Numbered from the stretch's first letter, positions 26,569 through 35,990 are shown. The stretch: DNA of 64,000 nt from Verrucomicrobia bacterium UBA6982 (GCA_002448475.1 DJYI01000126.1:64214-128213); one strand, 5' to 3'. A program made the numbers and translations. Notes: generated by a model not told the origin, from the letters alone.

Positions 26569-27912
26569 TCAGCCGCGCACAAGCGGCTCGTATCCCATGT
26601 ATTCGTCCTGGCGCGTGACGTCCACAACCGCCTGCCAGAGCGGCCCCACCGGATCGATTTTCGCGCGCTCCGCCGTGGCCAGAGCGATCGGGACGAGCAT
26701 GTAAACATCCGCGCACTTGCCAACTACGCAATTCGTGCGCCCGGCCATCGCGGCGTGAACCGCGTTCTTGGCCAAGAGGCAGCAGTGTATCGCGTCGGCG
26801 CCGCGCGCAGGCACGGACCGGATCGTGTAGCTTGGGTCGAAATACTTCACGGACGCCTTTTCCCCCTTTTCCGCAAAGTGGCGCTCAATCGCGTTTTTGA
26901 GGAACGTGCCGATGTCCTTCTTGAGAATGTTGCCGGAGGCGTCACGCTTCTCCTCTCCGGTAAGAAGGTCCTGCCCCGCGCCCTCCGCAACGACAATCAC
27001 GGCGTGGCTCTTGCCGATGGCGAAACGGCGGTCGAGCGCGGTCAGGACGCCATGCTCGCCATCCAGCGTAAACGGGACCTCGGGCACGAGGCACATGTTG
27101 ACCACCGAATTGGCGATGGCAGCGTAGGCGGCGATGAAGCCGGAGTCGCGTCCCATGAGCTTCACAAGCCCGATTCCGCGCGGCGCGCCCTTGGCCTCGA
27201 CATGTGCGCAGGTGATGACCGGCCCGGTTTCGTAAACCGCGGTCTCGAAACCGAAGGAGCGGCCGACGAAGGCCAGGTCGTTGTCGATAGTCTTCGGAAC
27301 GCCCACTACCGAGATCGACAGCTTGCGCCTCAGCACCTCCTCCGCGATGTCGCGCGCTGCGCGGAGCGTTCCGTCGCCGCCGATGCAGAAGAGCATGTTG
27401 ATGTTGAGGTGGGCGAGCGTGTTCACGATCGTCGCGGTGTCCTGTCCTCCGCGCGAGGATCCGAGGATGGTGCCGCCGTCCTGATGAATGTCGTCAACCT
27501 CGTCCGGCGTAAGGACGAGAGGTTCGTGGCCGTAGGACGGAATTAACCCTTCAAGTCCGTAGCGGACTCCGAAGATGTGGCGCATTCCGTAATCGAACCA
27601 GAGCGTCTGGACAAGCCCCTTCACAACATCGTTGAGGCCGGGGCAAAGTCCGCCGCAAGTCACGATCGCGGCGCGGCACCAGGCTGGGGCATGGAATATC
27701 TTCTCCTGAGGTCCGGCGCGCTCGAAACTTGGCACTGGAAGTCCAGCGCGGATGCGCTCCTCGACGTATTCGGCGTCGTGCCGGAAGAGAGTGCGCGCAC
27801 CTGGCGGCACAAACGTGGCGCCGCGCAGAGGACTGGGAACAGTGCATGGACCGAGAGTAGCGACGTTGAAGTCGAACTTTTCGGGGGCGGCAAGTATTTC
27901 GTGGATAGTCAT
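26569..27912 (-). CDS. 6-phosphofructokinase (long PFK group, possibly PPi-dependent)
   Basis: …AAIVTCGGLCPGLNDVV…, …CIGGDGTLRAA…, and …GVPKTIDNDL… are PFK active-site motifs. ATG at 27910-27912. Confidence 0.85.
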   Translation of the reverse strand: MTIHEILAAPEKFDFNVATLGPCTVPSPLRGATFVPPGARTLFRHDAEYVEERIRAGLPVPSFERAGPQEKIFHAPAWCRAAIVTCGGLCPGLNDVVKGLVQTLWFDYGMRHIFGVRYGLEGLIPSYGHEPLVLTPDEVDDIHQDGGTILGSSRGGQDTATIVNTLAHLNINMLFCIGGDGTLRAARDIAEEVLRRKLSISVVGVPKTIDNDLAFVGRSFGFETAVYETGPVITCAHVEAKGAPRGIGLVKLMGRDSGFIAAYAAIANSVVNMCLVPEVPFTLDGEHGVLTALDRRFAIGKSHAVIVVAEGAGQDLLTGEEKRDASGNILKKDIGTFLKNAIERHFAEKGEKASVKYFDPSYTIRSVPARGADAIHCCLLAKNAVHAAMAGRTNCVVGKCADVYMLVPIALATAERAKIDPVGPLWQAVVDVTRQDEYMGYEPLVRG

Positions 27913-27937
27913 GGCAGCGGAGTCTCGCAATCGTTCG

Positions 27938-28840
27938 TCAGAACTGCAGTGGCAAACCCTGCGCGCCGCCCGATGTCGCCCCGTTCAGCATCATTAGCGG
28001 CAGAAGCGCCTGCGTCATGTATTGCTTGAGCTGCTCCTGCGTCTGGGCCGAGGCGGCCTGGCGCGCGGTGCCTTTGAGCATGCCGAGCATGAGGCGTGTC
28101 TGCGCGACTTGCTGATCGGGAATCCGGGCGGCGGCGGCAGCCGCCGGCCAGCCGGCGCATCCCGAAAAGCCGTCCGCAAGGCGCTTGGGGATCCAGGCGC
28201 CATCCTTTTTCACCATGGTCAGGACACCGCCCGGAATGCCGGGGAGCGACGGAAGTCCGGAAACTTTCACCGAGCCGTCGGGCTGGCCTACGGCCTCCAG
28301 AGCGGCCGTGGCCGGAGATAGCGGGGGAACGGTGTCGGTGATTCCCTTCATCGTAAGCGGCGCGGCTGAGAGTATGCCGTCAAGATCGCCAGCAGCGAGG
28401 CGACTGTCGGTGGCGGCGGCCGCCACCCCGGCGATTTTCGTCGCGTATGTCACAATCGCCGAACGGCGGTCGTTTTCCGAAAGCATTTCGGCAAAGGGAG
28501 CCCCGTCGGCGGCCATGCCGGCTAGAAGATCGCTCTTCTTGACGGCTGTCGCGGCGATTTGCCGGATCGTGTCGCGGGCGTCGCCAATCAGGCCGGAGTC
28601 GGAATTGGAGGCAAATGCCTTGACGGAGTCGGAAAGAGCCTTGCGCCACGAATCGGGGAGCGACGAATAGATGGCCCCGAAATCAGCCGTGGCGGCGGAA
28701 GCCTGGTATATCTGCGCGGCGCGGCGCGCGGCGGAAACTTCGGCCTGGGATGGTGCCGCCGCCGGAGCGGCGGCTGAAAGAGCCGCAAATGCGGCGGTTG
28801 AAAGGAGGAATCGGTTGATGTTCATTTTTCGTGTTTCCAT
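27938..28840 (-). CDS. secreted hypothetical protein
   Basis: A signal peptide MNINRFLLSTAAFAALSAAAPAAA follows the internal ATG (28838-28840 or 28823-28825). The ORF-track N-extension is unlikely to be real. No recognised domain. Confidence 0.5.
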   Translation of the reverse strand: METRKMNINRFLLSTAAFAALSAAAPAAAPSQAEVSAARRAAQIYQASAATADFGAIYSSLPDSWRKALSDSVKAFASNSDSGLIGDARDTIRQIAATAVKKSDLLAGMAADGAPFAEMLSENDRRSAIVTYATKIAGVAAAATDSRLAAGDLDGILSAAPLTMKGITDTVPPLSPATAALEAVGQPDGSVKVSGLPSLPGIPGGVLTMVKKDGAWIPKRLADGFSGCAGWPAAAAAARIPDQQVAQTRLMLGMLKGTARQAASAQTQEQLKQYMTQALLPLMMLNGATSGGAQGLPLQF

Positions 28841-28934
28841 GTCGCTCCGCCGGACGAGGCGAAAGCGGTCGCGCATTCTAACCGGACGCCCGACTTGGGG
28901 CAATAACGACGCGTTATGACGCAAAAAAAAGCGC

Positions 28935-28963
28935 TTGCTTTCAAATCTGCTGTTTGCTAGTAT
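28935..28963 (+). promoter_or_regulatory. candidate sigma70 promoter (-35 TTGCTT, 17-nt spacer, -10 TAGTAT) upstream of tRNA-Ser
   Basis: gcgcTTGCTTtcaaatctgctgtttgcTAGTATtcc, about 90 nt upstream of the tRNA 5' end. Confidence 0.35.
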
Positions 28964-29056
28964 TCCTGCCCGTCGTCGTTCCCCTTTGGGTTCGACGCGC
29001 TTGTTGGCGCAACCGCATTCCTCGCTTTTAAGGCTTGTCGCGAGCGCTTCCAAAAC

Positions 29057-29144
29057 GGAGAGGTGTCTGAGTGGTCGAAGGTGCCTGACTCGAAATCAGG
29101 TGTGCCGCAAGGTACCGGGGGTTCGAATCCCTCCCTCTCCGCCA
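29057..29144 (+). tRNA. tRNA-Ser (anticodon CGA), type II with a long variable arm, CCA encoded
   Basis: GGAGAGGTGTCTGAGTGGTCGAAGGTGCCTGACTCGAAATCAGG…GGTTCGAATCCCTCCCTCTCCGCCA. The acceptor stem GGAGAGG/CCTCTCC pairs, the anticodon loop is CUCGAAA, and there is a T-loop GGTTCGAATCC. Confidence 0.9.
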
Positions 29145-29152
29145 ACTTCAAA

Positions 29153-29189
29153 ACTCCGCAATGCCCCCGGGCGTTGCGGAGTTTTTTTT
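29153..29189 (+). terminator. rho-independent terminator after tRNA-Ser (stem ctccgcaa…ttgcggag, then T8)
   Basis: aaaactccgcaatgcccccgggcgttgcggagtttttttt. Confidence 0.6.
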
Positions 29190-29204
29190 CGGCGCCGCCA
29201 GATA

Positions 29205-29243
29205 GGCAAAAAAATCCCCGCCGCGGAATGCGGCGGGGATTTA
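29205..29243 (-). terminator. rho-independent terminator for pckG (stem atccccgccgc…gcggcggggat; T-run on the minus strand)
   Basis: + strand: aaaaaaatccccgccgcggaatgcggcggggattt. On the minus strand the stem is followed by TTTTTTT. It lies 45 nt past the pckG stop. Confidence 0.55.
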
Positions 29244-29288
29244 GCGAAAAGCGCCGCGCGCCTGGCGTGCGGCGGCTTGTAGTTCGCG

Positions 29289-31274
29289 TTACTCCGCGGC
29301 CGCGAGAGCGGCCTTGATTTCGGCGAGCTTCGCCTTGAGGGCGCGCGGAATCCGCGGCGCGTGGGCGAGCTCCTCCTGGGAGTCCTTGGAGGGCTTCTTC
29401 TCGTATTCGGCGTAGTTCGCCGCAACGCCGTCGATCTCCTTCTTCCAGCCCTCGACATCGACCTTGAGGATCTCCTTGAGGAACTTGGGATTGACGGTGT
29501 CCTTGCCGGTGTTGTTCTCCAGCGAGATGTCCTTGGCGTATGGCAGGTAGCCAATCGCGGTGTCCTGAGCGCCGACCTTGCCCTCGATGCGGTCGCAGAT
29601 CCACTTCAGAACACGGGAGTTGTCGCCGAAGCCCGGCCACATGAACTCGCCCTTGTCCGTCTTGCGGAACCAGTTCACGAAGAAGATCTTCGGGAGCTTG
29701 GTCGCGTCGGGGCTCAGGCGCTCCATTTCCAGCCAGTGCTGGAAGTAGTCGCAGACGTTGTAGCCGAAGAACGGAAGCATCGCCATAGGGTCGCGGCGAA
29801 CCTGGCCGATCTTGTCGGAGATGACGGCCGCGGTGATTTCGGAGCCGGCGGCGGAGCCCATGAAGACGCCGTGGACCCAGTCCTTCGCTTCGTTCACGAG
29901 CGGGATCGTCGAGGGGCGGCGTCCGCCGAAGAGCATCGCGTCGATCGGCACGCCCGTCTTCTTCCCCTCGAACTTTCCGTCAAAGCCCTCCTTGTCGAGA
30001 ACCGGGCAGTTCACGGCCGGGGCTGTGAAGCGGCTGTTCTTGTGGGCGGCGACGTAGCCGGCGGCCTTGATCTCGGCCTTGGTCATGCCGGGCTTGGGGC
30101 CCATGCGCTTGGGATCGTCCACGCAGCGGTAGCAGGGGTTGCCCTTCCAGTCGATGCCGGTTTCGGGGGCGTCCACGCCCATGTCCTCCCACCAGATGTC
30201 GCCGTTCGGGGTCAGCACCACGTTAGTGAAGATCGTGCCCTTCCTGCAGGACTCAAGCGCGTTGGGGTTGGAGTCCATCGACGTTCCGGGCGCGACTCCG
30301 AAGAAGCCGTTCTCCGGGTTGATCGCGTAGAGGCGACCATCGTCGCCAGGCTTGATCCACGCGATGTCGTCGCCGATCGTCTCAAGCTTCCAGCCCGGGA
30401 GTTTCGGGAGCATCATCGCGAGGTTGGTCTTGCCGCAGGCGGACGGGAACGCGGCCGTGACGTGGTATTTCTTGCCTTCGGGCGAAGTGAGCGAAAGAAC
30501 GAGCATGTGCTCGGCCATCCATCCCTCGTCGCGGGCGAGGACGGACGCGATGCGGAGCGCGAAGCACTTCTTGCCCAGCAGAGCGTTTCCACCGTAGCCG
30601 GAGCCGAAGGAGACGATCTTGAAGTCCGGATCCTCTGGCAGCTGGCAGATGTATTTCTTGTCCATCGGCGCGCAGGGCCAGGCGACGTCCTTCTGGCCCT
30701 TCTTCAGCGGAGCGCCGACGGAGTGGAGGCACGGGACGAACTCCGCGCCTTTTTCGATCTCGGCGAGGACCTTCGTGCCAACGCGCGTCATGACCGCCAT
30801 GTTGACAACGACGTAGGGGGAGTCGGTGATCTCGATGCCAAGTTTCGTGATCGGGTTGCCGAGCGGACCCATCGCGAACGGGATGACATACATCGTGCGC
30901 CCCTTCATGCAGCCGGCGAAGAGGCCTTTCTTCGGATCGAGCAGAATCGCCTTGAGCTTGTCGGGGGCGATCCAGTGGTTGGTCGGGCCCGCGTCGATTT
31001 CCTTGGCGGTGGAGATGAATGTGCGCTCTTCGACGCGAGCGACATCGGATGCATCGGAGCGCGCGAGGTAGCAGTCGGGGCGAAGTTTGGGATCGAGTTT
31101 CGTGAACTGCCCTTTCTTGACCATCATCTCGCAGAGGTCTTTCCACTCCTTGCGGGATCCGTCGCACCAGACGACCTTGTCCGGCGTGGTGAGTTTCGCG
31201 ATGCTATCGACCCAAGCGTGGAGCTTGGCGTTGCGTGGGGCCGCCTTTTTTGCGACCGGCTTCTTCGTGGCCAT
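29289..31274 (-). CDS. pckG: phosphoenolpyruvate carboxykinase (GTP)
   Basis: …YVIPFAMGPLGNPITKLGIEITDSPYVVVNMAVMTRVG…, …FPSACGKTNLAMM…, and …WMAEHMLVL… are GTP-PEPCK signatures. ATG at 31272-31274 (MATKKPVAKK…) with an AGGAG RBS. Confidence 0.9.
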   Translation of the reverse strand: MATKKPVAKKAAPRNAKLHAWVDSIAKLTTPDKVVWCDGSRKEWKDLCEMMVKKGQFTKLDPKLRPDCYLARSDASDVARVEERTFISTAKEIDAGPTNHWIAPDKLKAILLDPKKGLFAGCMKGRTMYVIPFAMGPLGNPITKLGIEITDSPYVVVNMAVMTRVGTKVLAEIEKGAEFVPCLHSVGAPLKKGQKDVAWPCAPMDKKYICQLPEDPDFKIVSFGSGYGGNALLGKKCFALRIASVLARDEGWMAEHMLVLSLTSPEGKKYHVTAAFPSACGKTNLAMMLPKLPGWKLETIGDDIAWIKPGDDGRLYAINPENGFFGVAPGTSMDSNPNALESCRKGTIFTNVVLTPNGDIWWEDMGVDAPETGIDWKGNPCYRCVDDPKRMGPKPGMTKAEIKAAGYVAAHKNSRFTAPAVNCPVLDKEGFDGKFEGKKTGVPIDAMLFGGRRPSTIPLVNEAKDWVHGVFMGSAAGSEITAAVISDKIGQVRRDPMAMLPFFGYNVCDYFQHWLEMERLSPDATKLPKIFFVNWFRKTDKGEFMWPGFGDNSRVLKWICDRIEGKVGAQDTAIGYLPYAKDISLENNTGKDTVNPKFLKEILKVDVEGWKKEIDGVAANYAEYEKKPSKDSQEELAHAPRIPRALKAKLAEIKAALAAAE

Positions 31275-31440
31275 TTTTTTCTCCTGTTGTTTGCGCCCGC
31301 GTGGGCGCGGAAAAGTTGGGCCGGACGATACCATTTTCCCTTCGCGAAGGCAAGCGCCGAAAACGAAAGAGGTTTGATCCGGTGTCCGTTGGGCGGTTGC
31401 GTGGCCGCAGAATCGGACGGAATGTTCGCTTGCGCGCCCG

Positions 31441-32907
31441 CTACGGAGTGGTGGCGGCGGCGTTGAATTTGCAGGCGCGGACGCGGGGGGCGTCAGGGGA
31501 GGCGCGGTAGTGCGGGTCTAGCGGATAGCAGCCCGAGACGATCCCGTGGCGTGGCGCCGTGGTGCAGTCGCCGAACGTGCGGCAGATTTTGCACTTTTGC
31601 AGCGGTCCGCCGCGAAGGGCGTCTTCCGGAAGCTCCGGATACGACAGGACCATGCGCCCGTAGCCGGCGAAGTCGGTTTTCCCCTCCCTGACAAGGCGCT
31701 GGGCGACGTGCGGCAGCCATTCCTGCAGCGCCGTAAGCCCGGCGGACACGAATGCCATGTCTGGCATGGCCGCCTTAACGCGCGCGACGGCGCGGATCTG
31801 GCGCGCGACGCCGAGCATCGGGTCTTCGGGCGCCAGATAGCCGTCGGACACCGGATAGTAGGCCGGGCGCTGCGCGTGGGGGATGTAGTATGGACTGCCT
31901 ATCGTGGTGCACACCAGCTCGATGCCGAGGTCGCGGCAGAGCCGCAGGAATGCGAGAGGTTCGGCAATGTCGGGATCGGGGCCGAGTCCCGTGCCGTCGC
32001 CGCCGAAGGCGTATGGGTAGTTCCCCGGTCCGGCGACGCCTGGAATTTCCATCGGCCGCCCCACTCCGTCCTCTCCGCGCTCGAACGGAATCATGTCGAA
32101 GAGCGAGAAGCGAACCGCGACGCCAAGCCCGGGCGCCGCGCTCCGGACCGCCTCAACGCATTCGCGGAAGAAGCGAGTCCTGTTCTCGAACGCACCGCCG
32201 TAGGGGCCGGGCCTGTCGCGCGCGGCCAGAAACTCGTGACAGAGGTAGCCATGTGCGCACTTCACGTCAACGAAGTCGAATCCGCACTTTTGCGCCAGCG
32301 CGGCGGCGCGGCCGAACGCGGACACTACGCCGGGGATTTCCGTGTCGCCGATGACGTTCGCTGCGGTGCAGCCGAATTTTTTGTCGAGAAGCGGATTGGA
32401 ATAGGCCGTGACCGGTTCGAGGCGCGCGTCGTCGTGCGGATGGCTGTAGCGCCCTGAATGCGTGAGCTGCAGGCCGACGAGCAGGTCGGCGGCGGTGCCG
32501 AACTTTTCCGCATGCGCGCGGCGGCAGTCCGCGAGCAGCGCCGCCAGCGCCGGTGCGGTCTCTTCCGTGAGCATCATCTGGCGCGTGTTGCTGCGCCCAC
32601 TTTCCATGACGGCGCACGCCTCGCACCCGAAGAGCAGTTTCGCGCCCCCAGTCGCGAAGCGCAGCCAGCGGCGGCGCGTGTTTTCGCTTGGGGCGCCGTT
32701 AGGCAGGCAGTCCCAGCCTTCCATCGGCAGGACGCACCAGCGGTTGCCGATAGTGCGCCCGGAGCGAAGCGCGAATGGTCGCGCCAGCGGCGAGTCGGTG
32801 GCGAGCCGGATCTCATCGTCGAGGTCGAAGTCGGCGCCGATGGCGCGCAGATGCTCACGGAAAGCCGCCGGGGTGCGGAATGTTGGAGGCGCGGGGTATG
32901 CTGGCAT
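31441..32907 (-). CDS. NADH:flavin oxidoreductase, Old Yellow Enzyme family (with C-terminal extension)
   Basis: …LTHSGRYS…, …VDVKCAHGYLCHEFLAARDRPGPYGGAFENRTRFFRECVEAVR… (OYE TIM-barrel motifs). ATG at 32905-32907. Confidence 0.8.
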   Translation of the reverse strand: MPAYPAPPTFRTPAAFREHLRAIGADFDLDDEIRLATDSPLARPFALRSGRTIGNRWCVLPMEGWDCLPNGAPSENTRRRWLRFATGGAKLLFGCEACAVMESGRSNTRQMMLTEETAPALAALLADCRRAHAEKFGTAADLLVGLQLTHSGRYSHPHDDARLEPVTAYSNPLLDKKFGCTAANVIGDTEIPGVVSAFGRAAALAQKCGFDFVDVKCAHGYLCHEFLAARDRPGPYGGAFENRTRFFRECVEAVRSAAPGLGVAVRFSLFDMIPFERGEDGVGRPMEIPGVAGPGNYPYAFGGDGTGLGPDPDIAEPLAFLRLCRDLGIELVCTTIGSPYYIPHAQRPAYYPVSDGYLAPEDPMLGVARQIRAVARVKAAMPDMAFVSAGLTALQEWLPHVAQRLVREGKTDFAGYGRMVLSYPELPEDALRGGPLQKCKICRTFGDCTTAPRHGIVSGCYPLDPHYRASPDAPRVRACKFNAAATTP

Positions 32908-32954
32908 GGCGTGGAACTCAGATTTGCTAAACTCTTATGCTTGTGTGACGCAAG

Positions 32955-33094
32955 GCGGGGCGATTGGTTTGTGGCGCGAGGCGGGGCGATTGGTTGGTGG
33001 CGCGAGGCGCGCGATTGGTTGGAGGCGCGAGGCGAGGCGATTAGTTGGAGGCACGAGGCGGGGCGATTAGTTGGTGGCACGAGGCGGTTGGCGG
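32955..33094 (+). repeat. tandem array of five 25-26-bp repeats (consensus GCGGGGCGATTGGTTGGTGGCGCGAG)
   Basis: Copies at 32955-32980, 32981-33006, 33007-33031, 33032-33057 and 33058-33083, plus a partial copy to 33094. There are no unique spacers. The last copies overlap the 3' end of the FAD-oxidoreductase gene (stop at 33067). Confidence 0.8.
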
Positions 33095-35154
33095 AAAATG
33101 CTTCCGGTGCGGTATTCGCGCCAGACATTTTCGAACCAGCAGTCTGGCGAGGGAAGCGGGCGTGCTGGAGCGAAGGCATTTGCAAACAGCGGCCCGTCCG
33201 GGAAGGATTCTCCTGCCGGCGCCAATTCGGTTTCCTGCACCAACGCGCGGAAATCCTGGTCTTCCGGAACAATGGTGCCGGAGGAATCCACGACAATAGC
33301 CGAGCCGCGCGATCCCGCGCCGGCGCGCACCTCCGCCAGGCAGGCTTCGAGATAGGCGACGGAGGCAAGGCAAAGCGATTCGGTGCGCAGCGCCTCCGCG
33401 GCTTGACGGCCAAAACCGTCCGCCCCGAAGTCGATGCGGAACCCCTCTGCGCGAATGGCCGCAAGCTGCGCGCGGGCCGATTCCGCAGCGCGCGCGAGCG
33501 CCGCCTCGGTGCGCACGGGGCCGGCCGCTTCGTCCATGCGCGCCTGCATCTCGCGGCGGTCTGCGCGCCAGTCTCGAGTGCCGCGCAGAAGAGATTCCAG
33601 GTGTTCGCAAATTTCGGGAAACGGAGCCTGCGCCTGCGGGCCGTGCGGCGAGCGGCCCCTACCGGGGCCTTCAGGCTCCGCATTGCTCGGCCGGTCGTTT
33701 TCACTTCTGGCGGCGGCGCGGTGCGCCGCCGCAATGCATTCCGCCGCGCGGAATGCGCCCACTTGCCCGGCATTGAGAGCGGAGCCTCCGGGGCGGCGCA
33801 CTCCATGCGAGCCGTTCACTTCGCCGACAGGCCACAAATGCGCCACGTTCTCGCTCTGCCACCAGCAGTCAGCCGCCAACCCGCCGTTGTTGTGCTGCGC
33901 GCAGAGCGCGATTTCCAGCGGTTCGCGCTCCAGATCTATGCCATGTTCGCGATACAGCGCGACGGCGCCGGGATTCATGTGCAAAAGCCGCGCAATCGGC
34001 GGCCCGCCAAGTGCGCCGCTCTTTTCAAGATAATCGCGGGCTTCCGCGGAAATCTCATCAATATCCAAGTCGGGCGTTTCGGAGCGGAAATCCAGAAATA
34101 CCCGGCGGCCTTTGCCAAGCGTTTCCTCGCGGACAAGCAGGTCGATGCGCGAAGAGCCAGCTTCGGCCCGCTCTGCGTCGAACGGCCACTGGTAGCCCTT
34201 GAGAAACACTGCCGAGGCCGTGGCGGCGGAATCGCCGCCGAATGCCTCAAGAAGAAAGTCGCATCGGTCGGACACTCCGTCGGCAGCCGTGGAGACGACG
34301 CGCGGCAGCGCCTGCATGTATGTGCCAGACACATTCCAGCGGAATTTCACCGAGGACAGCCCGAACTGCGAAAGCGGCAGATTGCGCGCCCGCGCGCCGA
34401 CATCGAGCGCAAGCCCGATCGCACCTGTGTGCACTGCCGGATAGACGCTGCGCGAATAAAGCCCTCCGGGGCCTCCTACCGCGAAAACAGTGTCGCGGGC
34501 GAGAAAAGCGATAAAGTGAACCCTTCTGGCGGCGGCGCGGTGCGCCGTCGCAATTGCCAGCGCCCCGACGCAGCGGATCGGGCGCGCATCGTCGTCGTTG
34601 GGTTCGGTCAGCAGCCGCACCGCCACAAAACTCTCGGCGAAGCGAACGCCGCGCATTCTGCACTCTTCGAGCAGCCGTTCGCACATCTCCCGCGAGGTGT
34701 AGGGACCAACGCTGGTGGCGCGGCATGCTGGATCGTGGTCGGTCTTGTAGCCGGCGTATTGCCCGAAGGCGTCGTGCGGGAAAGGCACTCCGATGTCGCA
34801 GAGGTGCGAAAAGCAGCGCGCGGAAAGCGCGGCCTCGACAAGAGCCACGTCCCCGTGCACCGCCCCGCCTGCAAGGTATGTCCGCGCCATGGCGACCGGC
34901 GAATCCGGCGCGTCTCCGCACATTCCGAGCTTGTAGTAGGTCTGCTTGTCGCTGCCAGTGTTGATCGAGGTGCCGCCCTTCAGACTCTCAGTGAGCACCA
35001 GCACATCCCGCACGCCTTCGGCCTTGAGCCGCGCGGCGGCCGCAAGCCCCGCCGCGCCGCTTCCAATCACAAGCGCGTCGCACTGGACGACTGACGGTGG
35101 ACTCGAGTCCCCCGAATCCCCTGGCAACTCTTTCAAGCCCTCACCTTTCACCAT
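33067..35154 (-). CDS. FAD-dependent oxidoreductase (succinate dehydrogenase/fumarate reductase flavoprotein-like superfamily)
   Basis: N-terminal dinucleotide-binding motif CDALVIGSGAAGLAAAARLKAEG; 695 aa. C-terminus …FRQPPRATN is encoded by the tandem repeat. ATG at 35152-35154. Confidence 0.7.
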   Translation of the reverse strand: MVKGEGLKELPGDSGDSSPPSVVQCDALVIGSGAAGLAAAARLKAEGVRDVLVLTESLKGGTSINTGSDKQTYYKLGMCGDAPDSPVAMARTYLAGGAVHGDVALVEAALSARCFSHLCDIGVPFPHDAFGQYAGYKTDHDPACRATSVGPYTSREMCERLLEECRMRGVRFAESFVAVRLLTEPNDDDARPIRCVGALAIATAHRAAARRVHFIAFLARDTVFAVGGPGGLYSRSVYPAVHTGAIGLALDVGARARNLPLSQFGLSSVKFRWNVSGTYMQALPRVVSTAADGVSDRCDFLLEAFGGDSAATASAVFLKGYQWPFDAERAEAGSSRIDLLVREETLGKGRRVFLDFRSETPDLDIDEISAEARDYLEKSGALGGPPIARLLHMNPGAVALYREHGIDLEREPLEIALCAQHNNGGLAADCWWQSENVAHLWPVGEVNGSHGVRRPGGSALNAGQVGAFRAAECIAAAHRAAARSENDRPSNAEPEGPGRGRSPHGPQAQAPFPEICEHLESLLRGTRDWRADRREMQARMDEAAGPVRTEAALARAAESARAQLAAIRAEGFRIDFGADGFGRQAAEALRTESLCLASVAYLEACLAEVRAGAGSRGSAIVVDSSGTIVPEDQDFRALVQETELAPAGESFPDGPLFANAFAPARPLPSPDCWFENVWREYRTGSIFRQPPRATN

Positions 35155-35160
35155 GTTCGC

Positions 35161-35224
35161 GGGCCGCGCGGCGCGCGGCCCCTACCGCAAGCTTTTCAAC
35201 CTCTCAACCTTACAACCTTTCAAC
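35161..35224 (+). repeat. 21-bp palindrome GGGCCGCGCGgCGCGCGGCCC followed by 4 tandem 8-9-bp units (revcomp GGTTGAAAG-like: GTTGAAAG, GTTGTAAG, GTTGAGAG, GTTGAAAAG) = site B
   Basis: gggccgcgcggcgcgcggcccctaccgcaagCTTTTCAACCTCTCAACCTTACAACCTTTCAACcgtgcag. It lies between the SDR stop (35235) and the FAD-oxidoreductase start (35154). Confidence 0.65.
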
Positions 35225-35234
35225 CGTGCAGCGG

Positions 35235-35990
35235 CTACAGCCTTTGCAGGGTCATGCCGCCGTCGATCTGCAACACCTGCCCGGTGGAATATGCGAGATC
35301 GCCGCGCAGAAGCATCGCCACGGCGCGTCCCACATCCTCCGGCTCGCCCCAGCGCGCCTGAGGCGCAAGCCCTTCGGCGAGAAGCCTGTCGTATTTTTCG
35401 CGGACTGCGCCGGTCATGTCCGTGTGAATCACGCCCGGACGCACTTCGTAAACGCGGATTCCCTCTTCGGCAAGGCGCGCGGCCCAGAGTTTAGTGGCCA
35501 TTGCCACGCCGGCCTTGCTGATGCAGTATTCGCCGCGGCTGACGCTTGCAACGGTCGCGGAAATGCTCCCGACGTTCACGATCGTCGCCGGGGTCTTAGC
35601 GGCGACAAAGCGCCGCGCGGCCGCCTGCGTGAGGAAGAACGGTCCGCGAAGATTGGTCCCCATCAGGCGGTCGAAACTCTCCGGCGTCGTTTCCAGAACG
35701 TCGAGGCGCACCGTCGGCGCGACGCCGGCGTTGTTCACGAGCGCCGCGAGCGGTCCAAGCGACTTCTCCACCGCGTCGAGCAGCGCCTCGTGGGCCGTTA
35801 TGTCGGCCACGTCGCTTTGGAAATATGCGGCGGCTGGCGCGCCGAGAGCGCGCAAGGCGGACAAGCGATCTTGCATTTCAGCCCCCGCCTTGCGCCCCGT
35901 GAATGCTATCGCCCAGTTTTCGCGCGCAAGCGCCTCGCAGATTCCAGCGCCGATTCCGCGTCCGCCACCAGTGACCAAGACCGTTTTCAT
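35235..35990 (-). CDS. SDR-family oxidoreductase (3-oxoacyl-ACP reductase-like)
   Basis: MKTVLVTGGGRGIG (TGxxxGIG), NNAG, and catalytic S…YxxxK (GEYCISKAG). GGAG RBS. Confidence 0.85.
   Translation of the reverse strand: MKTVLVTGGGRGIGAGICEALARENWAIAFTGRKAGAEMQDRLSALRALGAPAAAYFQSDVADITAHEALLDAVEKSLGPLAALVNNAGVAPTVRLDVLETTPESFDRLMGTNLRGPFFLTQAAARRFVAAKTPATIVNVGSISATVASVSRGEYCISKAGVAMATKLWAARLAEEGIRVYEVRPGVIHTDMTGAVREKYDRLLAEGLAPQARWGEPEDVGRAVAMLLRGDLAYSTGQVLQIDGGMTLQRL

Noticed and set aside
26522-26731. 70-aa N-terminal extension of the aroA ORF
   Set aside because: It overlaps the 3' end of the pfk gene. EPSP synthase homology begins at the ATG at 26521.
28935-29282. 115-aa + ORF spanning the tRNA-Ser locus
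   Set aside because: It covers a clear tRNA gene and two terminator hairpins and is a spurious open frame.
32955-33094. Tandem repeat array considered as a CRISPR array
   Set aside because: Units are contiguous (period 25-26 bp) with no unique spacers, repeats are degenerate rather than identical, and no cas genes are nearby.
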